Part shown: positions 40,910 to 54,430 of the stretch, piece by piece | Numbering within the stretch: the first letter of the stretch is position 1 | Layout: the number at the start of each line of letters is the position of its first letter | Origin: Lama glama | Lineage: Eukaryota | Length of the DNA stretch: 64,000 nt | Assembly (NCBI GenBank): GCA_028534125.1 | Contig: JAPYYK010000093.1 | Span: forward strand, 310,001 to 374,000 | Direction: 5' to 3' | Position numbers and translations under genes: made by a program | Notes under the pieces: model-generated | Database searches by the model: none | What the model was told of the DNA's origin: nothing | The model's input: the letters and a program-made list of their open reading frames with translations, nothing else

Positions 40910-42233
40910 GGTGGGTTACTGAGTGCCTGTATGTGGGGCCTGAGTTTTGAGTCGGGGAGTCCAATGCAGGGCAAGAGCTGCAAGGACGCAGGGCAGCCCA
41001 GGTGCCTGGCCCGGGTGGGACTGGGAAGCTGCCCGCTGCCTGGGGCAAGCCTGAATCAGCCAGGACCCAGCAGGACAGAGCTGCCCAGGCCTTGGCATCA
41101 AACCCTCATTAGGAGAGACCCCGCACCCGGCTAGGCCGCCGGGGAAAGGACAGCAGGAAAAATCCAGTTTGAACTGGCAGGGCAGCTGCCAGCTTGAGAA
41201 ACCCCTGAAGAAAGAACTCCTCAAACTGGAGGCTGCGAGGCCCATGGGAGTGCCAGCTGATCAGAGGGGGGCTTCCTGAGTCTGGTTCTCATCAGCCCCA
41301 GGCGCCTGACTCCAGCCTGGGGACTCACACAGAAGCCCCGTGGCCCCAGAAAAGAGCTGGACACCGGCCTAGAGGTGGCCGCAGCCCAGAGTGTCCCTGG
41401 CATGAGGGGCTGCCGTTTGGGGGTCTCTGGCTCCTTCCTCACCAGACGAGGCCACAGCTCTGCCTGAGCCGCTTGGCTCCCAGGGAGTAGGAGGTAATCA
41501 AGGGCAGGGTCCACCCTGCCAACAGTCCCTGGGGGTCTTTTCTCATACTCCCTCCATCCAAAGACTGCTGCAGGTCAGAGCAGCAGCAGGACTGCCTGGA
41601 GTCTTTCAAGACCCCAGGCCTGGCTTCAGGCCTCTCAGACCAGGGGGATGTGCTGAGAGTCGCTCTCCCCTCCCCCGACTCTCCCACATACACACAGCTG
41701 GGGTGGAGGAAGGACCCTGACCCCAGAGGCCATCTCTGCCTGCCCAGCAAGGTCTCCGCCAGACTGACGGGTGGACAGCAGGCCCTAGGGGTGCGGGAGG
41801 AGGGCAGGCAATGTGGCCAAAAGGCAGGTGCCCACAAGACTGTTTGAAAATGAACCTCCCATGTCCCTGGCTGTCAAGTTCCAGCCATTTCAGCCTCCAT
41901 GAGGATGGGTCTGCAAGTCCTTGGTCATTGCTAAGGAATTTTTATGTTTTGAAGAATTTCCAAGCTCTTTTTTCTTCTTTTTTGCTTTTTAAAATTTGCT
42001 CTGAAGAAAAAATATTTTAATCTGCTTGAAATAGTAAAAATTAGAGCACTTATGTCACTTACATTTCTTTTCACCATTTTCTCAAGACTGCTTGTAACAG
42101 AAAAGTAAGACAATACAGTTCAGGTAAAGGGGCCCAAGCGTGGGCCTTGGTCTTCCTGACCAGCAGCTGCCCCTCCTTGCACCCTTCTCACTGTGCGCAC
42201 ATGCACACATTCACCTCGCTCCTGAAAAGGAAC

Positions 42234-43880
42234 TCATTTATTCATTCACCAAGTATTTATGAAGTCTTCCTATGAGCCAGGCACTTCTTCAGCACCTGCA
42301 CACACAGTGATGACCAGAGAGAAGATCCCTGCCTTCCTAGAACTTATATTCTTGGTGGGGGGGTTGGATTCAGACCAGAAACGTGGAACATAATCAGCAG
42401 TAACGTCATTTGTTAGAAGATGGTCAGTAGTACAGGGAGTGAAAATGGCCAGGTAAGGGCGGTGAAGACTAGGAGGGTTAGGAGGTGGGTCAGGATGGGC
42501 CTCACTGAGAAAGGGATGATTGATCAGAGATTTGGAGAGGGAGGAAGCTGGACGGATGTCTGCAGGGACTATTCCAGCCAGAGGCATCAGCCAATGCAAA
42601 GCCATAAGGCAGAATGTGCCCAAGATGGGAGAGGAGGAGCCAAGAAGCCACTGCGGCTGATGCTGAGTGAGGCTGGAGAGGGTAGATGGGAAGAGTGGGG
42701 GCCAACAAGGGGATGTCATGGGGCCTTGTCAGCCACCATAGGACTTTTGGATTTTTCTCTGGAAGAGATGAGAACCAATGCCAGGCCCTGAACAGACGAA
42801 GGGGCAGGATCTGACTCAGTAGCAACGCTAAGTTTTAAATGGATTATTCTGGCTGCTACATTGAGACTAGACTGTAGGGTAGGGGATGGGGTGCCAAGGG
42901 TGACACCAACACAGGACTGTTACAGTTGTTCCAGACACATCAGGTGGTTCAGCCCAGGTGGTGGCACAGAGTGGGTGAGACTCTGGGCCTGTCCTGAAGG
43001 TAAACGTGTTATCCTGATGGCTGGGTATGTATGAGGAGAAGGGCAGAGGCAAATCCAAAGTGACTCTAAGTTGCTGTATCCACAGAGGGAGGCTGGGGGA
43101 GGAGCAGGCTTGGGAGGGAGATCACTTTTACCTATGAAACATTTAAAACAACGATGGGACATCAAAGTGGAAATGCCAAGTTTGCTGCTAGGTGTGTGAC
43201 TCAAGTTCAGTAGAGTGGCCTATGCCAGAGCTTTGGATTTGGGAAGCAAAGAGAGTGGATTGGTACTCAGAGCCGGGGCCTGGATGTGATGGGGGAAGGT
43301 GGGTTTGGAAGGAGGGCAGCACTCGGGACTGAGCCCTGGAACATTCCTCTGTTAGGAGGTAGGAGGAATGAGGTAGGACTAGTAAAGAAGCTAAGCTGGA
43401 GCAGCCAGGAGGTGGGAGGCTACCCAGGAGAATTTGGGTTCCTGGGAGCCAGGCAGGCATCTGCTGCTCAAGAAGGTGAGGGTGGAGAACAGACCACTGG
43501 GTCCAGCAATGTCTGGGACACTGAAGACTCTGACCAGGGATTTTTTTTGTGTGTGTGTGGAGGGAGGGGCAAGTCTGCCTGGAGTGGATAGAGGAGACAG
43601 GTAGGAACTGGAAAGAACAAGAGTAGACAATTTGTGTGAAGTGAGAGAAGCAAGGCTTACAGAGGCTTTTAAAGGAAGAATGGGAAGACGACGCTTTGGA
43701 GGGTAAGAGATTGGAAGAAGCTGATGGGACGGTGGGTTGGAGGTAGGTGAAGGACTTCTGGTCCAGAGATCTGGCAATACTGAGCTGGAAGACAATAGAT
43801 GGAGGTCAGATAGCAGCAGGGGTGGCCAAGCTAGGCATTGGTTGCTAGGAACATTGTGGGTCCATGATGCACCCAGGGAC
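42234..43880 (-). mobile_element. L2 LINE (3' end plus degraded body)
   Basis: tcatttattcattcaccaagtatttatgaagtcttcctatgagccaggcact is the L2 3' tail reversed, followed by a purine-rich L2-like body; distal boundary approximate. Confidence 0.8.
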
Positions 43881-44068
43881 ATCAAGGAGCATATAGAGGG
43901 TCCCAGAAGACTCATCCAGGTCTCTGCCTTGACCTCAGTTCAAAATCACCCAGCAACTGACTTTCAAACAACTTGGAACAGTAATAGGCTGCAAGTTACC
44001 TAGAAAGAAAAAGTAGCCCTGGAAAAAAATCAGGAAGAACAAATCTGCTTTCAAAACCACACAAGCCT

Positions 44069-44210
44069 AGTGGGGAGGGTAGAGCTCAAGTGGCAGAGCA
44101 TAAGCCATGCACAAGGTCCTGAATTCAATCCCCAGTACCCCTCTAAAATAAACAAACAAACAAACAAACAAACAAACAAACCTAATTACCTCCCCACAAC
44201 AAAAAGGGAA
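44069..44210 (+). mobile_element. tRNA-derived SINE resembling the camelid Vic-1 family, with (AAAC)8
   Basis: ggggagggtagagctcaagtggcagag (A box), ggtcctgaattcaatccccagtacc (B box), (AAAC)8 at 44150-44181, cctaattacctcccc, A-rich tail; imperfect TSD aaaacc..caagcct. Confidence 0.85.
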
Positions 44211-44352
44211 AAAACCCCTGCAAGCCTGCAAACCTGCCCTGCCACGCACAGCGGGACCTCGACAGGATTAGATAGCAACTTAATCCCTCTCTCCATCCCC
44301 GCCCCCTGCTCCCGCCCCCTGCCCCCGCGCTAGCCCCAGAGATCTGTATAAG

Positions 44353-44446
44353 GCGGTCCCTGCTGCCCTCTGGTGGTCAGTGGCTGGAGTCTGTGCTGTG
44401 CGGTCTCTGCTGCCCTCTGGTGGTCAACAGCTGGAATCTGGCCTGC
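44353..44446 (-). promoter_or_regulatory. Tandemly duplicated CTCF sites (47-bp period), reverse orientation
   Basis: CTGCTGCCCTCTGGTGGTCA at 44360-44379 and 44407-44426; reverse complement TGACCACCAGAGGGCAGCAG matches the CTCF core. Confidence 0.8.
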
Positions 44447-44599
44447 GCAGTGAATCACCCGACACGTTGAAGGCCGTGTGGTGGGAATGGTCAGCTATGG
44501 CTGTACGGGGTTTGGGGCCTCGAGGCTGGAAGGCAATCCAGGAAGGCTTCCTGGCTGGGGCATGAAAGGAAGGCAGGCAGGAAGGCTCTGGGCAGAAAG

Positions 44600-45070
44600 G
44601 GGTGAGGTCGCCAGGGAGGCGGGAGGGCAGGCCTGGTCGGGGTAAGGGCAAGCATTAGTCGGGACAAGAGGAGATGGCTGCGGGGAGATCGAGGAGGGGG
44701 ACTCGCCTCGGCTCCCGCGCTGCGCCAAAGTCCCACTAGAGGGCGCCGCTGCCCTGTGATGCCGAGCCTCTGGAGCCGCGGAAACCCGCACTCCCGCGTA
44801 GAGAAGCACCGGAAGAGGCGGGGCGGTGCATTCAGAGGCCACTTCCGGCTTCTGCTCGACTTGGGAGGCCAGAGGGGGTGGGTTCAGAGGGGCGGTGGGG
44901 TGCCGTGGGTGCCAGAACATGGGTAGGGAGGTCAAGGACTGAGAGGGTGCGAGGGGGCTGCGGTAGACTGGGGCCGAGGGCAGGCTGTGTTGCCGCGTCG
45001 TAGGGCAGGAGTCTTAGGACCGGGGGAGGGGGGGCGGGAGGCCGAAAGCGTCTGCGAGGCTGCACCCTTT
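44600..45070 (+). promoter_or_regulatory. GNAI2: CpG-island promoter, probable distal GNAI2 promoter
   Basis: CpG-rich; ETS/GABP sites ACCGGAAGA 44808-44816 and ACTTCCGG 44841-44848 flank a GC box; ~6.4 kb upstream of GNAI2 coding exon 1. Assignment to GNAI2 is by analogy with human upstream start sites. Confidence 0.55.
44733..44746 (+). promoter_or_regulatory. CTCF site, forward orientation
   Basis: CCACTAGAGGGCGC matches the CTCF core. Confidence 0.7.
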
Positions 45071-45499
45071 GTAGCTCTCGGCCCCACACCTAAGCCTCTG
45101 GCCTTTTCCCTTGTGAAATACAGTCCTGGAGTTCGTGGGAGGCTTGGCGCTGCCCAAGACCTGCGGACAGGGCAACGAAGACTTCCCTGCGATGGAGAAA
45201 TGGGAAAGCAACTCCAGCAGGGGAGTGGAAAGGTGCACAGAGATGGGGAAGCAGCTACAGGCTCCTGGGGAACCTTTTAGACCTATTTTCTTTAAGTATC
45301 TGAACAATGTGCATTTGGAGAAGAGGCCAAGCCTGCGGAGAAGGCTAAAAGGGGACTAGTCAGCCCAAACCTACTGGAGGAAACAAGCTCAGTCCAGTTA
45401 CATATGCCCTTCCCTGCCCCTCAGCAGAGGATGTGGGAGAGATCTTTCTCCATAGGCTTTAGTCTCTCACTCTCACCTCCTGCACCACATGGTGGTCAC

Positions 45500-45900
45500 T
45501 CCCTGCCTCCCCCCTTGCCTTACCCCTAGGCCACACTCTTCTTAGCAGCCAGAGGGAACTTTAAAATAGCAGATCATGTCACTTGCCTATAAAAACCCTA
45601 CAGTTGTTTCCATCCCATATGGAATAAATTTTTTGTTGTTGTTGAGGGGAGGGGTAATTGGGTTTATTGATTACTTGATTTAAATGGCGGTACTGGGGAT
45701 TGAACCCGGGACCTAGTGCATACTAAGGAAGTGCTCTACCACTTGAGCTATACCCTCCCCCCACTGGAATAAAATTTAAACTCTTCCCTGCCCTATGGCC
45801 CTGATGAGCTGAGCCCCTGCTGATTACCCGCTGGCTCTAGCCTGGCCTGTGCTGACCAACTGCTGGCCCAGGGCCTTTGCACTGGCTGATAGCATCTCAG
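45500..45900 (+). mobile_element. L2 fragment interrupted by the SINE
   Basis: cagccagagggaactttaaaatagcagatcatgtcacttgcct...ccagggcctttgcactggctg. Confidence 0.55.
45632..45764 (-). mobile_element. tRNA-derived SINE, same family, inserted in an L2 relic
   Basis: Reverse complement: ggggagggtatagctcaagtggtagagcac...ggtcccgggttcaatccccagtacc...cccaattacccctcccc; TSD tggaataaa(a)ttt at 45620-45631 and 45765-45777. Confidence 0.88.
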
Positions 45901-46719
45901 AAGCTTTTCTCCGGGAGCCTGAAGCAATCCCCAACCACACTCATTCCTCTATTTAGCTGGCTTCGGTGGCAGCATTTGCTCCCTGCGGTACTGCAGAGCA
46001 ATGTCCCATGCCTCAGGGCTCAGTGACTAGCCCTGTCTCCCAGGTACAGGTCCCCTTTCCCTTCCCCCTCTCCTCCTAGTCACCATCTACAGGAAACTCC
46101 TGAGCCCTGGTGCCTGAGGCTTGGAGGCACCTCATGGGCTGCTTGCTGTTGCATCACCTTTATTAGGACTGTTTTTGTTCTTTCATTAAATTAAAATCCA
46201 GGAAGCCGTGCTAATGAAGGCCCTAACGAGTCACCGGAGAGGCTACCAGCCCCAGCCTTTGGAGAGCATAACAGGGAAGGCTAGGCAACAAGGTGAGCAG
46301 AGGAGTGGCTCCTGGGGAGAGGGCTGATTGTTTCCCAGGCCCTCGAAGGATCCTGGTTTCCCAGGGGAGGTGGCCTTTAGAGGCTGTGTAGGTGGCAGAC
46401 ACAGTGGCAAATTGGACCAAGAGCTCTTCAAGGGCAAGGAGGGGGACTCAGCTCAGACGTGGCCCCAAAGCCCTGAAGGCTTCCTGGGTCCCCTGCTGCC
46501 ACTGATTGGGCAGTTGTCTCCCAGTCATATCACCCCAAGTGCCAGGACCAGTTGGATTTTCAGAGCTAGACGTGGGTCACTGGCTTGGAGATGCTGGTGC
46601 CTGCTGCAGGCTCATATGCACTCCTGCCTCAGCATCTCTTGAGCAATTGGGAACCTCCTGCCTGCCCCATGCCTCACTGATGCCTCGTGGCTGTCCTCTC
46701 TCACACCACAGTCCTTCAT

Positions 46720-47065
46720 AGTCCTTCTTGCTCTCACTGTCCTTGCCAGGCTGGCCTTTCTCTTCTAGGAATGCCTGGCCCCTTCCCACCCCCGGGTTTT
46801 TGCACTCGCTATTGCCTCCATCTGTCACTCTCTTCTCTTGGCTCATCACATGATCGGTTCCTTCTCATCATTCAGAAGTCCCCTCTTCAGACTGTTTCCT
46901 CCTGCATACCCCACCCAGTGGCTCTGTGTTACCCTGTTGATTTCCTTGGAAACCGTGGAGTGCATGTCCCTGTTTCTGTGTTTGCTGTGTGTTCCTGAAG
47001 GGTAGGGTCCCAGCTGCCTCCCTCACCAGACGGTTCTCAGCACAATGGCACACAATAGGTTCACT
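46720..47065 (+). mobile_element. L2 3' fragment
   Basis: tttgcactcgctattgcctcc...tccttctcatcattcag...gttcctgaagggtaggg...cagcacaatggcacacaatagg. Confidence 0.6.
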
Positions 47066-50000
47066 CCTCTCAGATCCTCCTGCCCCGATCAGGTGGAATC
47101 TCCTAGCCCATCCAGAAATTTCTGGCATGGAATGCTGGGGTCTGAGCTCTCTAGGCCAAAGCCAATTGCCTTTGAAGAAGGCAGGTGACCGGGAAGGGGG
47201 ACACTGGGCCCCAGGGCCTTCCAGGCTTGAGACTTTTTCTGGGGAGGAGAGAAGCCTGGGAATAGAGGTTTGGAAGGAAGGAGCAGAGCCAGCTCCAATC
47301 TCAAAACTGCTGCTGGGCTCAAGCAGGAAAGGGGAAGTGTAGGGGATATACCAGGAGGTGGAGCCTGGCTCAGGGCTGTAGGGAAGGAGCCAGCTCTGGC
47401 CACGGAGATCTAGAAGCAGAAATTGCTGAGATCCTGTTTGCAAAGCTGTGATTTGGTGGTATAGGGTCTTGCTGGAGACTCCCTGCCATCTGGGAGCCAT
47501 GGAGGTGGGGTGGTCGGGATGCTGGACTCGGTATCCCTGTGGGGTCCTGCCTGTTCCCGAACTCTGCTTTGGGGCAGATACACCCACCCCGAAACTGCCT
47601 TTGGGGAAGTACTGGCAGCTTCCCCTTCCTGGAGCCTGTGAGCTGGGGTGTCACAGCTTACTGAGGGGGTCTCTGTTCCTCACCCTGTTCAGCCTGGTGC
47701 ACGACAGGAACTCAGGACAGGCTGGACCTGCTCTGTGGCCAGTGGTGAGCCCCAGGCTGGTGTAGCTGTCCAGGTCAGCCGGTAGCTGCCACTTCTCCAT
47801 TCCAGCAGGGGTGCCTCTCTCAGTTCTGCTGAATGTCATTTCACTATTCTTTATGGTCTAGTTCAGGTCGTGCTGGTCCAGTGGGCACAGGGACAAGTCA
47901 TGCCTCCTCTGGTGCCCATGAGGCCCTGCCTGGGCAACCATCCTCTGCCCCCAGAATGACATCTCCCAAAAGGATGAAAGGATTCCTGGGTTCCCGAGTG
48001 TGAAGGAAGCAGCATGCCTGTGTGTCCGTCACTTGTTGACCTTGGATGGGTCCTGGCCCCTTCTGGGCCTCAGTGACCTCAGCTGCAAAGCCAAGCATTT
48101 CTCTAGCTCTGACCCTTGATTTTCTCCAGTCCTTCCCCAAACCCACCGTCCCCGTCCCACCTCCCTGTTCTGTCTCCCTGGAACATTATTCCTCAGTGAT
48201 CTCCTCTCTCTCCACATCACCTCCACCAAGAAGGCTCCCTCACCTTCCCAGGAACCATTAGTTTCTCCCCTCTCTGCACAAACAACTATGGTGAATATTT
48301 TTATAGTGACAGCAGAATTAGTTGTTTATACCTCTCTTTGCTCCAGGAAGGTAGGGGGGTTAGACTTTGTGTGATTCATTCATTGCATTGGACAAATTTT
48401 TACCTACCACCCTCAAGGATTCTGCTGCAAGAGATCTGGAATCAGAGACCCTGGTGGGAGAGACCCACCACCAGGATAGTGGGATCTGGCTGGGGAGGGG
48501 AAGCCCCAGGACGAGGGGAGTTAGAGAGACCCAGCTCACAGCCAGGGAATGAGAGACCGGGAGGAGGGATGAGTAGGGGAAGGGAATGGGGGGACGTTCC
48601 GAACGTTTGCCTACATGTCTTCCCTCGATCCTGAGCTCAGCCGGTGCAGTGAGCAGCTATTACTGTTAAGAAAACTGAAACACCAGGAGTTTCTGGTAAT
48701 ATGCAGCCAGCAGGTTTGCAGACTGCTCCCCAGCGTCCTTGCTGTCAACTGCCACTCTACCACCTCTGCCTCCCTCCTTCACAGTCCACAGCATGTGTGC
48801 TGGCTTTGTCCTCAGGCACTGGGGAGCCACAGGAAGTTGATGTGCAAGACAGTGATGTGATTTCTTCCAGCAGGTTCCCCTTGGCTTCCATGTAGTGGAT
48901 GGATTGTAGAGGAAATGGGAGAGCCAAGGAGGAGGCTGGAGGCAGAGAATAAGGGACAGTGGGGACAGAGAATGGAGATAGATTTGAGGGGGAGTTGAGG
49001 AGGGGAAGAAACTATCGGGGTGTAGGGGTAGAGAAGGGGGGCGGTCATGGCTCTGGCTGGCAAGAGGCCATAAAGTGAAAAGCCCAGGAACAGGGCCTAT
49101 TAGAGGGGCCCAAAGTCTCTGGGGGAGACTTCAGAGCAGCAGTGGTGGATATGAGGCTGGTGATCAGGGGAGAAATTGGGCTGGAGATGACCTCGTGGGG
49201 TTCTGAGCCCCTGGAGTGGGAGGTATGTGACTGGAGGAGCAAACAGAGGCCTAGCTGTAGCCCTAGGGACTCCAATGGAGAGGGAGCAGCCCAGAGCAAG
49301 GGCACAGGGGTTGCTGGACTCTCTAGAAAGAACATGTAACTGGAAGGGAGTGGCTAAGTGGTGACAAGGGTGCAAATACCACACTAATACCACAGGACCT
49401 GGCCTGGGCCTGGGGGAAGCCATTCCTCCCAGTGACAGTGTCCTGCCCCGCCTCCATTGATTGGGGTCTGTGTCTGCCTACCTCTGGTGAGCCTGGCCTC
49501 CAAGGGGCTGACAGGTTCTCCCTGTTGCCTGGCAACTACAAGAGCTGTTGGCTGTTGCTAGGAGCAGGCCGTGGAGGCCCAACGAGGGAGGATCGGCTCT
49601 CCAGTAAGGGGAGGGGCTGGCGGGGGAAGAGGCCCGCCTTGGAGCTGGGTTTGTAGTCTGTGTGTGGACAGGCTGAATTCTTGGCTGTGTGCGCCCATTT
49701 TTACAGTGTGTTCTTGTGGATCTGAAGCACTTTGGAGGCTGGACCTATGTATGGATATATAGAGCATATCTTTCAATGTTTGTGTCCCTGGGTGGGCGTT
49801 GTGTGTTTCTGACAGATTTGCTGTGTGCTTATAGCAGGGCCTACCTGAGCTTTGGCTCCAGGCAGGAGGGTGCCCTGGGGGGAATCATTGGAAATCTTTC
49901 AGACCAATGGCTCCTCAACAGGGGAGCCATTCAGATAGGGACACACAGACACTCCAGGGAAAGCAGACAGCCTGAGGACTGGGAGGTGAAACAAGTTGTG

Positions 50001-50699
50001 TGCCAAGCTGGGAAGGAGAGAGTCTGTGCTGAACAGGGGGCAGTGGATGGCCAACCTTTGGTGGCCAGCTCCATTCCTGACTTTGTGGACCTTTATTCGT
50101 CTTTAGGCTGGGGCCTCCCAGCTCATGGCACTGGGGCCACACAGGACACCTTCCTGGGTAACCCGAGGCAGACCCTTCAAATGTCCATCAGAGGTGGGGG
50201 CTGTGTACTCCTCCTGGAGAACAGGGTCAGGAAAAGACTGAAATGTACCGCCCGAAATGCTGCTGCCTCCACCCCACCTTTGCCCAGCCATGGGGTTGCA
50301 GCCACTGTCCAGTGGTGATAGGCCATAATAAGATCACAGCCACTTTTGTTCCCACAAGTCAGGTGGCATCTCTCTCTCTCTCTCCCTTAGGTCCTGGTTG
50401 CTGGGTCCCAGGTTGGAATCCAGGATGGCCACCTGCAGGAGGATACCTCCTAGATGATCAAAGAAAGATGGGTAAGTCTTGGATGATTAGAGAAGGTACC
50501 CCTGCTGAGGGAGACAGCCTGGCCAAGGGTGTTGAGGTGGCAATAGATTTTTTTCTTACTGTTACCTAAAGAAGGGACCAAGGCAGCTTTAAGACGGAAA
50601 AAGGCCCAGTCCAGAGAGCTCCTGGGGCTCTGCAGATCCCAAAACAAGTTTATTGGGTTCGTTAACTTTAACAAGTGACGAAGACACGCCTCTTCCCAC

Positions 50700-51485
<786 letters not shown>

Positions 51486-52901
51486 TAGAAATAATGGATC
51501 AAAACTCTCGACTGGCCTAGACCTCTGATCCATAGCCCAGACTGTAGGTCAGATCCTCAACTCATCCGAGAACCCAAACCTCAAACGCAGCCACCAGTGC
51601 CCCAACGACTGCTGCCCAGAGCTCTGCTTGACGATCTACCCTTTCTGACCAACCTCACAGACCCTCAGAGCCCCTGCTTTGTCCTTCCATCTTTCCCTAG
51701 ACTTTACCCAAACCCCCAGAATCCCACTCAGCCCCCACCCTCAGGCACCACCTGCTCCCTCACCTGATCCCTCTCTTCCTATTGGGCATGAGTATCCCGG
51801 GGCCCCTATCAGGCCCCCACTCACTCCCTCTTTTCCTCTCTTTGCCTCATCCCTCTTTTGGACCCTATACCCTCCACCTGTGCACCTTGACCCCAAGGGA
51901 CCTCTCAAGTGGGATGATTGCTTATGAGCTCTCTCTTAAGCAGGACCCACCAAACCTTTAGAGACCCCTGTTCCCCACATCTGGCCCAGCGGCTCCCTCT
52001 CTGCACGCATCTCTCCTCAGACCCTCTGCTCCCCTGCTCTTAGGTCCTCTCCCACACACTGGCCTTCTCCAGATTCCCCCACCCATCCTGCACCAGGTGG
52101 GCCAGGCTGGGAGGACGGGCCCCAGCCCCCTAAGGGACTGGACTGAGGTGCCACTGGTCATGCTGGGGGAGGGGCCAGGCCTGAAGCTTCCCAGGGAGAT
52201 TCCGCTGGCTGTCTGTTTCCCAGTTTCTAAGTCCTGTCTGGGCCAGTGAGGGGGTGTCTGGGAGTAGGAAGGAGTGTGGAGGAGTTTGGGTTGCGTCGCC
52301 TCCAAGGCCAGGGAAGATGGTGGCTGCTTGAGGGGTGGGGGGAAGTGGAAGTGGTGAGACAGCCGACATATTGCTGCCCCCGGCGGGCAGGCCAAGGAGA
52401 TCTGCTGGCTTCCCGCACCCCTCTGGGCCCAAAGGACTGGGATGTGGCCTCTGGGAGTGGGTGGGCCTGTAGGGTCTTGAAGCCCTGTGAGGGGGGAGTG
52501 GTGGACCAGCTGCATGAGTAGTCGGCCTGCTGGGGTGAGCATCTGAAGTGGACTTTTACAAAGGCTTTGGGTCTGGTAGTTGTCCCAGTGCAGCCTCCCA
52601 CTAGGAGCAGGTGTGGTGCCCAACGGCAGCCTGATTTAGGGGAGGTTCAGGGGTGGGGGGGAAGCAGGCCCTTGTGGCAGCATTGAAGGCTGGACCATGT
52701 ATGTGGGGGGGTGTGGCCCCTCAGCACCAGAGCTGCTGTGGGGTCCCAAGGCTGTGAAAAGTGGGGCTTTTCACGTTGGGCTTGTGGCTGAGGAGCAGCG
52801 TGTCTTCTATCCTGGGCCCATCTGTTGAGTGTCCCTGGGGGCCTGGCCTCAGGGGCACAGCCCCGGAGGTTTCAAAATGGCATCCGCTCCGCTGCCGCCG
52901 C

Positions 52902-53041
52902 NNNNNNNNNNNNNNNNNNNNNNNNNNNNNNNNNNNNNNNNNNNNNNNNNNNNNNNNNNNNNNNNNNNNNNNNNNNNNNNNNNNNNNNNNNNNNNNNNNN
53001 NNNNNNNNNNNNNNNNNNNNNNNNNNNNNNNNNNNNNNNNN
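52902..53041. other. Assembly gap (140 N) in GNAI2 intron 1
   Basis: N run. Confidence 0.99.
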
Positions 53042-54109
53042 CATTGCTGCTGCCCGCTGGACCCGGGGAGGGTGCTTCCAGTACCACTGCCTCCCCGGGT
53101 CCAGCCAGCCCCTTCCCAGGCCGGTCTCAGTTATGGTGGCTGCTGAGATGTGGGGCTGGCCGGTAGGGCACAGGGCTCCTGCCTGGCCTGTTCTGTATCC
53201 TGACCCCATCCCACCAATCTTGGTCCTTGGAGCCCTGCTCAGGTTCTGGGCATGGCAACCCCTCCCACACTGGGCTGGCAGCAGCCAGGGGTGTAGGGTC
53301 CGGCTCAGCATTTTCTAGGCTGAGGAGTCCATCTCAGCATCCTCCCCCTCTGGCCCTTGCTTCCTCTGTGAAATGGACTTCCTGGGTTTGGGCCAGAGGA
53401 GTGCTGTGCCCAGGATGGAGAGAATAGGGGCCTCATGGAGGTTCCTGTTGGGAGTATGGGGTAGGGGCTAAGACCCTGCAGAGGATACACTGTGAGGGCC
53501 TAGGAGACCAAACTCTGTCTGAAATTGAGGACCCAGTCTGCCAGGGCTGCCTGGGGAAGGATCCTGGCTGGCCATCCCTTCCCCATCCAGGTGATGATGG
53601 TGATGGGAGCCCAGCTGAGGCAGCTTCAGAGTGCTGGGTGCCCGTCCCACGTAGCGGGAAAGACTCTGTCCAGGCAACGGGACTCAGGCTGGGCAATTGC
53701 CAGCCTTCCCTCCCAGCCAGAACCACGCCTGCTGCTCCACCCGCATACTGGCTCCTTCCTGTCCTGGGTAGCCCTGCCAGTGGGCGGGTACAGTCACTGT
53801 CACCGGGGCAGAGGCAGATGTGGTACATGCTGGTAAGAGGGTTTTTCCTGGCAGCTTGGTAGGGGGAGCATAGTTGCTGATACCAGCCCTACTTCAAGGA
53901 TACTCCCCTTCCCAGTTCAACTTGATTGACCAGCTATCCCCAGGTGGAATCTGGGGCCTCAGGCTGGGCACTTAGGGGAAAGTAAGCCAGAGTGTGTGTT
54001 TAGGGGGTGTCCCTGAATTGGGATGAGCTGGGTGGGCAGCCTACAGAGTAAGGAGAGATAGTGTCCATCGTTGGCTCCAGGAAGGCTTTAGGGTATAAAT
54101 ACAGCAGTT

Positions 54110-54430
54110 CTCTTGCCCCTGGGACTTCGTATTTGTTCCCTTCACTTGATGTACTTTTCCTCTGTTTCACTCCTACTTGCTTTTCTTCTTCAAGAATCTG
54201 CTCAGGAATCACCTCCCAGGATCCTTCCTTGACAATCCTCTTCCCTGAGGCTGGTAAAGCACCTCCTCTGGCTCCCTCTGAGCTTCCCCCATCAGAGCTT
54301 GGTATTTGCTGGCGTCACAGCTGCTCTCCCTTGAGACGGGGTAGGGCTGTGTCCTCTTCATTTCTGAGCCTTCTATGCCAAGCATGGAGTCTGGTACCTA
54401 CTGAGTGATTCTTCTCTGTTGAATGAAAGA
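54110..54430 (+). mobile_element. L2 3' fragment
   Basis: ttcttcaagaatctgctcaggaatcacctcc...agggctgtgtcctcttcatttctg...tgttgaatgaaagaa tail. Confidence 0.65.

Noticed and set aside
44072-44140. tRNA-like sequence with A and B boxes (also at 45690-45760)
   Set aside because: SINE heads with A-rich tails and target-site duplications; no intact cloverleaf, so not tRNA genes.
46868-47587. 239-aa minus-strand ORF and similar ORFs at 49689-50318 and 51958-52623
   Set aside because: Partly overlap L2 relics or plain intergenic/intronic DNA; no domain motifs or exon structure.
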